From the NCBI GenBank assembly GCA_963806225.1, contig CAWDXG010000001.1, positions 224,001 to 288,000 of the forward strand: a stretch of DNA of 64,000 nt. Reading direction: 5' to 3'. This DNA is from an uncultured delta proteobacterium (GTDB lineage: Bacteria; Myxococcota_A; Polyangia; Polyangiales; Polyangiaceae). Each line of letters begins with the position of its first letter. Positions within the stretch are counted from its first letter, which is position 1. The notes under the pieces are model-generated. The model was not told the origin of the DNA and searched no databases. It worked only from the letters and a program-made list of their open reading frames with translations. Below, piece after piece: positions 31,502 to 41,810 of this stretch. The position numbers were made by a program, and so were the translations under genes.

Positions 31502-32322
31502 CACAGGACGACAACAGCGAGCTCCTGGGCGCGCTCGGCAGAGCACTCGTAGAAGGGTCACTGACCGACGAGTCGCTGCTTGATAGCACCCAGACGATTC
31601 CGCCCGTCAGCATCCTGCCGGATGCGAACGTGGTGAAGATCGGCGGGCAGAGCATGATCGACCGCGGCAGGGCGGCAGTTTTTCCGATCCTGGACGAGAT
31701 CGTCGAGGTCCTGCCCCGGCACAAGCTCATCATCGGCACCGGAGCGGGCACCCGCGCGCGCCACGCCTACAGCGTCGGCATCGATCTGGGCGCACCCACC
31801 GGCGTGCTCAGCGTGCTCGGTACGTTCGTCAGCATGCAGAACGCGCGCATGCTGCACTACCTCTTGGCCAAGCACGGCATCCCGTTCATCGAGCCGGTCC
31901 AGTTCCCGCAGCTGCCGCTGTATCTCGCGGAGCGGCGGGCGGTGATCTTCTTCGGTATGCCGCCCTACACCTTCTGGCACCGGAATCCCGAGCTTGGCCG
32001 CATCCCGCCGCACCGGACGGACACCGGCGCGTATCTGGTCAGCGAGGTGTTCGGCACCCGCTCGATGATCTACGTGAAGGACGAGAACGGCCTGTACACG
32101 GCCGACCCGAAGAAGGACAGGAACGCGAAGTTCATCCCGGAGATCAGCGTCGACGAGCTCAAGGCGATGGACCTGGACGACGTCGTCGTCGAGCGCGCCG
32201 TGCTCGACTTCATGCAAAACGCCGAGCACCGGCGCTCGATCCAGATCATCAACGGCCTGGTGCCGGGCAATCTCACCCGCGCGCTCGACGGCGAGCACGT
32301 GGGCACCATCATCCGCGCGTAG
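31498..32322 (+). CDS. mosB: Molybdenum storage protein subunit, beta-like (amino-acid-kinase/UMPK fold)
   Basis: ILPDANVVKIGGQSMIDRGRAAVFP, HKLIIGTGAGTRARH, GMPPY, IPPHRTD, VKDENGLYTADPK, NGLVPGNLTRALDGEHVGTII match my recollection of Azotobacter vinelandii MosB. ATG overlaps the methyltransferase stop (ATGA). Confidence 0.85.
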   Translation: MTQDDNSELLGALGRALVEGSLTDESLLDSTQTIPPVSILPDANVVKIGGQSMIDRGRAAVFPILDEIVEVLPRHKLIIGTGAGTRARHAYSVGIDLGAPTGVLSVLGTFVSMQNARMLHYLLAKHGIPFIEPVQFPQLPLYLAERRAVIFFGMPPYTFWHRNPELGRIPPHRTDTGAYLVSEVFGTRSMIYVKDENGLYTADPKKDRNAKFIPEISVDELKAMDLDDVVVERAVLDFMQNAEHRRSIQIINGLVPGNLTRALDGEHVGTIIRA

Positions 32323-32326
32323 CGAC

Positions 32327-33151
32327 ATGACCGACGACCGCCGACACCATCTCAGCTCGCTCCTGATGCGCGAGAGCCTGCTCGACAAGGCGCTCATCGG
32401 CTCCACCGAAGCGCCCGTGCGCCGCATGTTGCCCGAGGTGGACGTGGTCAAGATCGGTGCCGGCTCGATCCTCGATCGTGGCCGGGGCGCGGTGATGCCG
32501 CTGATCGATGCGCTCGCAGCGGCGCTGCCCGAGCGCAAGCTGATCCTGGGGACCGGCGGCGGCGCGCGCAGCCGGCACCTTTTGTCGATCGGTATCGATC
32601 TGGGGCTGCCCACCGGCGTGCTGGCACAGCTCACGGCCGCCGATGCGCTCGGCAATGCGCACCTGCTCGGCATGCTGCTGGCACCGCACGGTGTCGTGGC
32701 TATCCCGCCGGAGATCCTCGGCCACCTGCTGCCGCTGTTCATCCAGGCCGCGCCGGGCGTGATCTTCCACGGCGTGCCGCCCTACTCGCTGTGGGAGCAC
32801 CCGCCCGCCCGGGGTCGCATTCCGCCCCACCGCACCGACGCGGGCTGCTTTCTGCTCGCGGAAACCTTCGGTTGCCGGTCGCTCACACTGGTCAAGGACG
32901 TGGACGGCTTGTTCGACGCCCACCCCCGGCACCATCCCGGTGCGACCTTCATTCCGGAAATCTCCACCGACGAGCTCAGGCGGCGAGCGCTTCCCACGTT
33001 GCCGTTCGATCGCGTGCTGATCGATCTGCTCGACGAGGCGCGCCTGATCGACCGCTTCCAGATCATCAACGGCCTGCGCCCCGAGCTCTTGGCACCCGCG
33101 CTCGCGGGAGAGCACGTCGGAACCTGGGTCTTCGCTGAGCCGCGCGGATAG
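32327..33151 (+). CDS. mosA: Molybdenum storage protein subunit, alpha-like paralog
   Basis: Paralog of the upstream gene: HLSSLLMRESLLDK, VVKIGAGSILDRG, GTGGGARSRH, IPPHRTDAGCFLLAE, VKDVDGL, LPFDRVL, GEHVGT. The alpha assignment rests on the N-terminus and LPxDR and is less certain. Confidence 0.75.
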   Translation: MTDDRRHHLSSLLMRESLLDKALIGSTEAPVRRMLPEVDVVKIGAGSILDRGRGAVMPLIDALAAALPERKLILGTGGGARSRHLLSIGIDLGLPTGVLAQLTAADALGNAHLLGMLLAPHGVVAIPPEILGHLLPLFIQAAPGVIFHGVPPYSLWEHPPARGRIPPHRTDAGCFLLAETFGCRSLTLVKDVDGLFDAHPRHHPGATFIPEISTDELRRRALPTLPFDRVLIDLLDEARLIDRFQIINGLRPELLAPALAGEHVGTWVFAEPRG

Positions 33152-33162
33152 TCGGAGCGTTC

Positions 33163-34269
33163 ATGGTCGACAACGAGGCGCGGTTGAACCTCGCGGTGCA
33201 ACTGCCGCGCGATCGCTTCGTACTCGAGGTCGACGTGGCCTCGGACGACCACGTGCTCGGCATATTCGGGCCCTCGGGGTCGGGCAAGACGAGCCTGCTC
33301 GAGGTCGTAGCGGGGCTGGAGCGCGGCGCGACGGGCAGGGTCGGCATCGGCGGGAAGCTCTGGCTCGATTCGGCACGCGGCGTGTTCATGCGACCCGAGG
33401 CACGACGCGTCGGCTACGTTCCGCAGGACGCGCTCTTGTTCCCGCACCTCGACGTGAAGGAGAACCTCCTGGCAGGCGCGCGCCGGGCGAGGCGCCTTTC
33501 CCGGCCGGTGGAAGAGATGCTGCGAAGCGTGTCGGCCACGCTCGGGCTGGAGCCGCTCTGGTCGCGCGATGTGTCGAATCTGTCCGGCGGCGAGCGCCAG
33601 CGCGTTGCGCTCGGTCGCGCGCTCTGTTCGGCTCCCGAGCTGCTGCTGCTCGACGAACCGCTCAGCGCGCTCGACATGCCGTTGCGCCGGCGTCTGCTCG
33701 GCTTCATCCGTCGCGTCCGTGAGGATTTCGACATCCCGATGCTGGTCGTGTCGCACGACCCGACCGAGGTGCAGGCGCTCTGCGACAGCGTCGTGGTGCT
33801 GCGCGAAGGGCGCGTGGTGGCCCGCGGAGCGCCGCACGACGTGCTCGCCGACCCGCAGGTGTTCGAGCTGGCGGCCGGGGGCGGCTTCGAGAACACGCTG
33901 CCGTGTAGGGTGACCTCGGTGGAGGGTGAGGTCGCCCGCGTGCGTCTGGGACAGAGCGTCGCGATCGCGACGCGCGGAGCCGCGGTTGCGGCCGGCGATC
34001 AGAGCCTGGTGGGCATCCCTTCGCGTGACATCATCGTGGCGACGTTGCGGCCGGAGGGGCTCTCCGCGCGCAATGTCATCGCGGCGAGCATCGACGGTAT
34101 CTCCGCCTCGGGCACGCAGCGCGTGCTGCGCGCCCGAGTCGCGCCCGACGTGCCCCAGCTGATCGTCGAGCTGAGCGCCGAAGCCGCCAGCGAGCTCGGT
34201 CTCGAGCCCGGTCGCGAGGTGTTCCTGGTCTTCAAGTCCGCATCCTGCGTGCTGTATCCGGCTGGCTAA
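33163..34269 (+). CDS. modC: Molybdate ABC transporter ATP-binding protein with TOBE domain
   Basis: GIFGPSGSGKTS, VGYVPQDALLFPHL, LSGGERQRVALGRAL, LLLDEP, VSHD, LSARN, LGLEPGREVFLVFKS. Confidence 0.92.
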   Translation: MVDNEARLNLAVQLPRDRFVLEVDVASDDHVLGIFGPSGSGKTSLLEVVAGLERGATGRVGIGGKLWLDSARGVFMRPEARRVGYVPQDALLFPHLDVKENLLAGARRARRLSRPVEEMLRSVSATLGLEPLWSRDVSNLSGGERQRVALGRALCSAPELLLLDEPLSALDMPLRRRLLGFIRRVREDFDIPMLVVSHDPTEVQALCDSVVVLREGRVVARGAPHDVLADPQVFELAAGGGFENTLPCRVTSVEGEVARVRLGQSVAIATRGAAVAAGDQSLVGIPSRDIIVATLRPEGLSARNVIAASIDGISASGTQRVLRARVAPDVPQLIVELSAEAASELGLEPGREVFLVFKSASCVLYPAG

Positions 34270-34362
34270 GGTCGGAGGCTTGTCGCGCCGTGCGGCTGCC
34301 GGTAGCATGGTCTCCCCTGCGTTGCCCGTGCTGGCGGGCGCCATTCCTTTTCGATCGAGGTC

Positions 34363-35997
<1,635 letters not shown>

Positions 35998-36144
35998 CCT
36001 GCCAATCTGGCATCGACGCATGACAGATTGCCGCGACAACCCCGCGTTGGCGCGTATTGCTGAAATGATGCCCGTCAACTAACCTCGCTCAAGCCTCCGC
36101 TCTCTGCATCGACGTGGCCGGGCGAAGGCGCTTCTGGAGGTTGG

Positions 36145-38277
36145 ATGAGGCTTCTGCCGTGCGCTCTCTTGGTTGCTCTTGCGCTGGTTCCGGCGTGCGG
36201 CGGCGGGAGCGGCGGCAATGGATCCGACGCAGGCGCGGCGGGTAGCGCCGGGGCTGCAGGTGCTGCCGGTTCGGCCGGAGCTTCCGGCTCGGACGGGGGC
36301 GGCGCGGGCGGCAGCTCAGGTACGGCCGGAGCCGGCGGCCAGGGCGGCAGTCCGGACACGACTCCCCCGACGTTCGCGGGCATCGATACCGCCACGGACG
36401 ACAGCGAGACGCGCATCTCGCTCACATGGAAGCCCGCTTCGGATGACGTCTCCTCCGCCGAACGCATCGCCTACCGCGTCTACGCGGGCTCGAGCTCTGG
36501 CGCAGAGGACTTCACGAAGCCTGTGGTCACGACGCCCTCGGGTGCGACCAGCGCGCTGATCTCGGGGCTCGCCCCCGCGTCGGACTACTACTTCGTGGTC
36601 CGCGCAGTGGACGAGGCCGGCAACGAGGACTCCAACACCACCGAGAAGAGCGCGAGCACCCCCGACACCACGGCGCCGCTCTTCCCGGGCGTCACGCACG
36701 TCGAAGCGCGCACGTCGCACGAGCTGCTGGTGGAATGGAAGCCCGGCTACGACGCCGGCACGCCGGAGTCCCAGCTCAAGTACCGGGTGTACGTGTCGGA
36801 CACCGAGGGCGGCCAGGATTTTTCCACGCCGACGGCGGAATCGACGCCCGGCGCGAGCTCTATTGTGGTCAGCGGGCTTTCACCGCTCACCTACTATTTC
36901 GTCGTCGTGCGGGCCGTCGATGCCGACGGCAACGAGGAGACGAACACCATCGAGCGCTCGGACAGGACGCCGGAAGGTGTTTCGCCGGTTTTCAAAGGGG
37001 CGACGCAGGCCATCGCGCGGGCTGATTCGATCAAGATCTACTGGGCCCCCGCCACGGACAACGTCACCGAGCAGGCCAACATGCTCTACGACGTGTACGA
37101 GTCGACGAAGAAGGGCGGCGAGGACTTCTCGAAGCCGACGTACACGACCGAAGCGGCGGCCATCACCTACACGGCCAAGAGCCTGGCGCCGAACACGCGC
37201 TACTACTACGTCGTCCGCGCGCGTGACGTGGCGGGCAACTCCGACTCGAACACGGTCGAGGTCACCGCGCTCACGGGCGGCACGACCGACACGGCGGCGC
37301 CGGTGTTCGGCGGGGTTGTGAGCGTCACCAGCACCAGCCCTTCCACGCTCGATGTCACCTGGAAGAAGGCGGCCGACAACCAGACCCTCGACAGCGACAT
37401 CGTCTACGACGTGTTCGTTGCCGACAGCGCCGGCACGGAGAACTTCTCGACTCCGACGCTCACGTCTGCGCCGGGTGTGCTGAGCGCGACCGTGATGGGG
37501 CTCTCGCCGTCGAGCACGCACTACGTCGTGGTGCGCGCCCGGGACCAGGCTGGCAATTCGGACGCGAACACCACGGAAGCCAGCGCCACCACCCTGCCCA
37601 ACGGCAGCGGAGACAACGTCGCGCCGACGTGGACCGGCGGCCCGAACGTGTCGACCGTCGGCAGCCAGCCCTCTCAGCTCGGCGTGAACTGGACGGCAGC
37701 CACCGACGATACCTACGGCGCGGCCGACATCCGGTATCACGTGTGCGCCGAGAAGCAGGACGCCGACTGCATGGGCACGGAGTTCGACAAGCACGTGCGC
37801 GCCACCTCGGCATGGGGCGCGACCAGCCTGGGCTTGACCGGGCTTTCACCGCGGACGCTGTATCACGTGTACGTCCGCGCCGAGGATCGCTCGGGCAACG
37901 TCGAGACGGGCGACCACTCTGCCCAGCAGCTGACCGCGACATCCTACAGCCAGAACGTGTTGCCCATCTGGGAAGACCGCTGCAACGGCTGCCACAACTT
38001 CGATTACCTGAAGACCGTCGACGTGCTGGGCGGCTACATCGACCCGGTGTACGGCAACCTGAAACTCGTCGACAAGGGACGGCCCGGGTTCAGCCTGATC
38101 TATCGCCGGATCAATCCGCAGGGGCTCCAGACCTCGCCGTTCTCGGCGACGGTCCCCGACAACTATGCCGGGCTCCAGGAGCCGCGCGACGGTACCGGGC
38201 TCAGCTTCACCGCGCTGAGTCCGGCGGAGGACGGCGCGATCCGTGACTGGATCAAGGCCGGGGCATACGCGAATTGA
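36145..38277 (+). CDS. Lipoprotein with five fibronectin-III-like repeats and a C-terminal mono-haem c domain
   Basis: LVPAC lipobox; repeats DxxxPxFxG...W...GL.P...YYFVVRA.D..GN; SYSQNVLPIWEDRCNGCH...IRDWIKAGA. Confidence 0.85.
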   Translation: MRLLPCALLVALALVPACGGGSGGNGSDAGAAGSAGAAGAAGSAGASGSDGGGAGGSSGTAGAGGQGGSPDTTPPTFAGIDTATDDSETRISLTWKPASDDVSSAERIAYRVYAGSSSGAEDFTKPVVTTPSGATSALISGLAPASDYYFVVRAVDEAGNEDSNTTEKSASTPDTTAPLFPGVTHVEARTSHELLVEWKPGYDAGTPESQLKYRVYVSDTEGGQDFSTPTAESTPGASSIVVSGLSPLTYYFVVVRAVDADGNEETNTIERSDRTPEGVSPVFKGATQAIARADSIKIYWAPATDNVTEQANMLYDVYESTKKGGEDFSKPTYTTEAAAITYTAKSLAPNTRYYYVVRARDVAGNSDSNTVEVTALTGGTTDTAAPVFGGVVSVTSTSPSTLDVTWKKAADNQTLDSDIVYDVFVADSAGTENFSTPTLTSAPGVLSATVMGLSPSSTHYVVVRARDQAGNSDANTTEASATTLPNGSGDNVAPTWTGGPNVSTVGSQPSQLGVNWTAATDDTYGAADIRYHVCAEKQDADCMGTEFDKHVRATSAWGATSLGLTGLSPRTLYHVYVRAEDRSGNVETGDHSAQQLTATSYSQNVLPIWEDRCNGCHNFDYLKTVDVLGGYIDPVYGNLKLVDKGRPGFSLIYRRINPQGLQTSPFSATVPDNYAGLQEPRDGTGLSFTALSPAEDGAIRDWIKAGAYAN

Positions 38278-38304
38278 GCATGCTGTGTTGAATCGAGGTT
38301 TTTC

Positions 38305-40153
38305 ATGAAGGCGCTGGCTGTTCTTTCCTGGATAGCTGTGGCGGTCTCGGGATCACCGTGGTGGCCTGCGGTAGCTCCAGCAAGCTGAGCTGCGGCAAGG
38401 GAACGCGGCAGTCGGGAGATAGCTGCGTGGCGGAGACGGCCGGCGCGGCTGGCGCGGCGGGCAGCGCCGGGATGGGCGGCAGCGGCGGCGTTGCGGGCAC
38501 AGGCGGGGTGGCTGGTGCGGGCGGGGGCAGCGCGGGCGCGGACGCGGGGCCAGTGGTCCATCCGCCGACGTTCGCCGGCGTCGCAGTCTGTCGATCCGGC
38601 TTCGGACACGAGCCTGCAGGTTGCGTGGCAGGCGGCCAAGGACGACGTGACCGCCACCGGAGGACATCGTCTATCGCGTCTACCTGGCGACCACTAAAGG
38701 GCGACGAGAACTTCGGCGCGCCGCAGCTCGAGACGCCGCCGGGGGCCACGAGCGCCGTGGTCGGCAACCTCCAGCCCGGCAACGACTACTTCGTCGTGGT
38801 GCGTGCGATGAACGAGGCGGGCGACGAGGACGACGAACGGACCAAGGAAATCAAGGGGACGCCCGCGGTGGACACCACACCGCCGACCTTTGCCGGCATC
38901 ACGGCCGCCAAGACGACGTGGACGCGAGCTCGGTGAAGGTGACTCGTGGGACTCCGGCCCAGGACGACGTGACCCAGGCCGGCCGGCATCTCCTATGTCG
39001 TCAGCTGGGCGCCCACGAAGGGCGGCGCCCCGACCGGAACCATCGCGGGCGTGACGGCTCCGGGCGCCAGCTCCTTCGCCGTCGACAACGCTGCCCGATC
39101 CGGAGCAGGAGTACTACTTCGCGGTGCACGCGCGGGACGCTGCGGGCAACGAGGACACGAACACCGCCGAGATGTCCGCGACGACCGCGAAGGACACCAC
39201 GCCGCCCGTCTTCGGCGGCTGCGTCGCCACTGCCTCGCCTGGCGCCACCACCGTGACGGTGAGCTGGGACGCCGGCGCGCGACAACACCACGTCCGCCGA
39301 CGACATCCAGTACAACGTCTACGCCTTCACCAGCCCGTGGACAAGAACACGCCGTTCGGCGTTCCGGTCAGCTCGTTCATGGGCGGCTCGACCGGCGAGG
39401 TCAACGGCCTCAAGCCGAAGAGCACCTTCTATCTGGTGTGCCGCGCCCAGGACAAGAGCGGCAACGAGGACACGAACATCGCCTACCGCGTTGTGCAAAC
39501 GCTCGACGACAGCACGCCGCCGACGTTCGCCGGCCTGCTCAGCACCACGGTGCACGCCACCACGGCGGATCTGAACTGGAACGCGGCTACCGACGACCAG
39601 ACGCCGGACAAGGACATCATCTACATCATCTACCAGTCCATCACCGCCGAATGACGCGCTGAACGAGCCGGCGGTCGCGAAGTCGAATCCCGGCGACACT
39701 ACGATCACGCTGACGGGCCTCCAGTCGAACACAACGTACTACTGGGTGGTTCGCGCCCAGGACAAGGCCGGCAACATCAGCACCAATACCGCCGAGACCT
39801 CGGCGACTACGCTGGTCAGCTTCGAGGACAACGTGCAGCCGATCCTCACTTCGCTCTGCGCCAAGGTCGGCTGCCACGGCGCAGTGAACCCACCGCAGGG
39901 GCTCAACATGAGCGACGGCTACGCCTGGTACAACCTCGTCGGCGATCTGGGCAACCCGATCTCCTCCGTGGAGCAGCCGAGCGTCCATCGTGTGGAGCCG
40001 GGCGACCCCACCAACAGCTACATGTACAAGAAGATCACCGGTGCTGCCGGCATCTCGGGTAGCTCGATGCCGCCCTCCGGCAATACCCCCCCAGACGCCA
40101 CCCAGAAGGACACCATCAAGCAGTGGATCCTCCAGGGTGCGAAGAACAACTGA
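38305..40153 (+). CDS. Second FN3-repeat lipoprotein (four repeats) with a C-terminal CX4CH cytochrome c domain; several apparent indels
   Basis: Fragments in different frames join up: VVAC lipobox, PPTFAG repeats, YFVVVRA, RAQDKSGNED, SFEDNVQPILTSLCAKVGCH...SMPP...IKQWILQGA. Confidence 0.75.
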
Positions 40154-40157
40154 CCCG

Positions 40158-41681
40158 ATGCGACACACAATCCGCAACAGCGCCCTACCGCTTGCATGCG
40201 CACTGGCGCTTTCCGCCGCATTCGGTTGCAGCGTGATCAACTCGTTCGACGCGGTGAAGCCGGCGTCGGACGGTGGCGTGGCAGGCAGTGCCGGATTGGG
40301 CGGCGGTGGCCTGGGCGGCGGCGGTCTAGGCGGCGGCGGCGGCCTGGGCGGCGATGGCGGCCTGGGTGGCGGCGCTGGCCTGGGCGGCGGCGCTGGCCTG
40401 GGCGGCGGCGGCGGTCTCGGTGGTGGCGGCGGTGCGGCGGGCGTCGGTGGCGGCGGCGCCGGTGGCACGGCCGGCAGCGCGGGCTCGGGCGGTACTGGGG
40501 GGGTCGACGCCGGGCCCCCTCCGACCGGGCTTATCGTGGTGTCGGGCTTCAACGGACAGGGCAAGACCGTGCTGTCCACGCTCAATCCGTGGACCGGTGG
40601 GGAGCTGGCGGCAGAGCCAGAGAGCGATGTCGCCAAGGCCATCGCCTACGACGCGTCCCGCGACGTCTGGTTCATCTTCACGCCGACGAAGAACGCCGGA
40701 CCTGCGACGCTGAGCGTGCGCACTTTCGACGCGACAAAAAGGCAGTGGACCGAGCTGTCCACCGCGCAGGTTCCGGCCCCGAAGGGCCCCGAGGTCCTTG
40801 CCGTGTTGAAGGACCGCATCCTGTACGCTTCAGGCATCGGACAGGACGGCGCTCCGCCGACCCAGGGTTTCACGTTGCTCGACACCACCGACCTGAAGAA
40901 CGTGAGCGTGCGCGGAACTCCCCAGTCGCCCCCTCTGGACGCCGCGAAATACGCACTCCTTGGCCTGAATGCCTGGCCTGCGAAGGCAGGGGCAGGCGGC
41001 AACGTGACGATGATCGTCGAGGACGCCAGCAACTGCGGACCCACGACCTCCGATGGCGGCGCCTCCGTCAACGCCTGCCCCATCGACCTCGTTCCTGCTT
41101 CCGTCGGGGCGACCGACAACGCTCCGTCGATCGGGGGATTCAAGCAGGTTGCGATGATGCCGGCCTTGAGCGCCAGCACCGTGTGGACGGCGGATCGCCG
41201 TTCGGGAGACGAAGCGGACATCCTCGTGCTCCCGCCGCTGTTCCCCGGTTCCAACGGGCACGTCAGGTCCTTCAACCGGTTCGATCAGTCCCAGGTGGGA
41301 ACGCCGATCCCGTTTGCTATCAACGCTGGTCAGCTGAGCGGCGCGGCGTTCGATCCGTGTCGCAATCTGGTGATCGCGACCGAGCTGAAGACGGCGCGGG
41401 GCATCTACGTGATCCCCCGCGATCCGGGCGGCGTGCCGATCAGCCAGTCACTGTCGACGACGGCGCAGGGTGTCTTCTACGAACCGTACACGCGGACGGT
41501 GATCCGGCAGTTTACCGACCAGTCGAACTTCGAGCTCTCGGCCTATCTGCTAAAGGGCACGAACACCGCCCCGACGCTCAGCCAGCGACTCTCGTCGTCG
41601 TCGCTGCCGTGGAACCCACCCGTTCTCGACCCGAGGATGGTCGCAGTGAAGATCCCGCCTCAAGCGGTCAACTGCAACTAG
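40158..41681 (+). CDS. Lipoprotein with Gly-rich linker, hypothetical
   Basis: SAAFGC lipobox, (GGGxGL)n linker, then a beta-rich domain; starts 4 bp after the previous stop. Confidence 0.7.
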   Translation: MRHTIRNSALPLACALALSAAFGCSVINSFDAVKPASDGGVAGSAGLGGGGLGGGGLGGGGGLGGDGGLGGGAGLGGGAGLGGGGGLGGGGGAAGVGGGGAGGTAGSAGSGGTGGVDAGPPPTGLIVVSGFNGQGKTVLSTLNPWTGGELAAEPESDVAKAIAYDASRDVWFIFTPTKNAGPATLSVRTFDATKRQWTELSTAQVPAPKGPEVLAVLKDRILYASGIGQDGAPPTQGFTLLDTTDLKNVSVRGTPQSPPLDAAKYALLGLNAWPAKAGAGGNVTMIVEDASNCGPTTSDGGASVNACPIDLVPASVGATDNAPSIGGFKQVAMMPALSASTVWTADRRSGDEADILVLPPLFPGSNGHVRSFNRFDQSQVGTPIPFAINAGQLSGAAFDPCRNLVIATELKTARGIYVIPRDPGGVPISQSLSTTAQGVFYEPYTRTVIRQFTDQSNFELSAYLLKGTNTAPTLSQRLSSSSLPWNPPVLDPRMVAVKIPPQAVNCN

Positions 41682-41810
41682 CGGGCTAGCTGGTCCCGCC
41701 CGCCGCTGCTTGCGGGCCAGATCCGGGCTGCCACGCCGCCTATCGCCCGGAACTTGGCCGTTTTCTCCCGATCCTGCGCATTGTCCGGAGCCGAGCAGGA
41801 GAGGATAGCT

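Noticed and set aside
31498..33151. Duplicated uridylate kinase (pyrH)
   Set aside because: Same fold, but PyrH motifs such as KLSGE and GGGN are absent; the motifs and mod context fit Mo-storage subunits.
36047..36062. Sigma54 promoter TTGGCGCGTATTGCT
   Set aside because: GG-to-GC spacing is 8 nt rather than the required 10.
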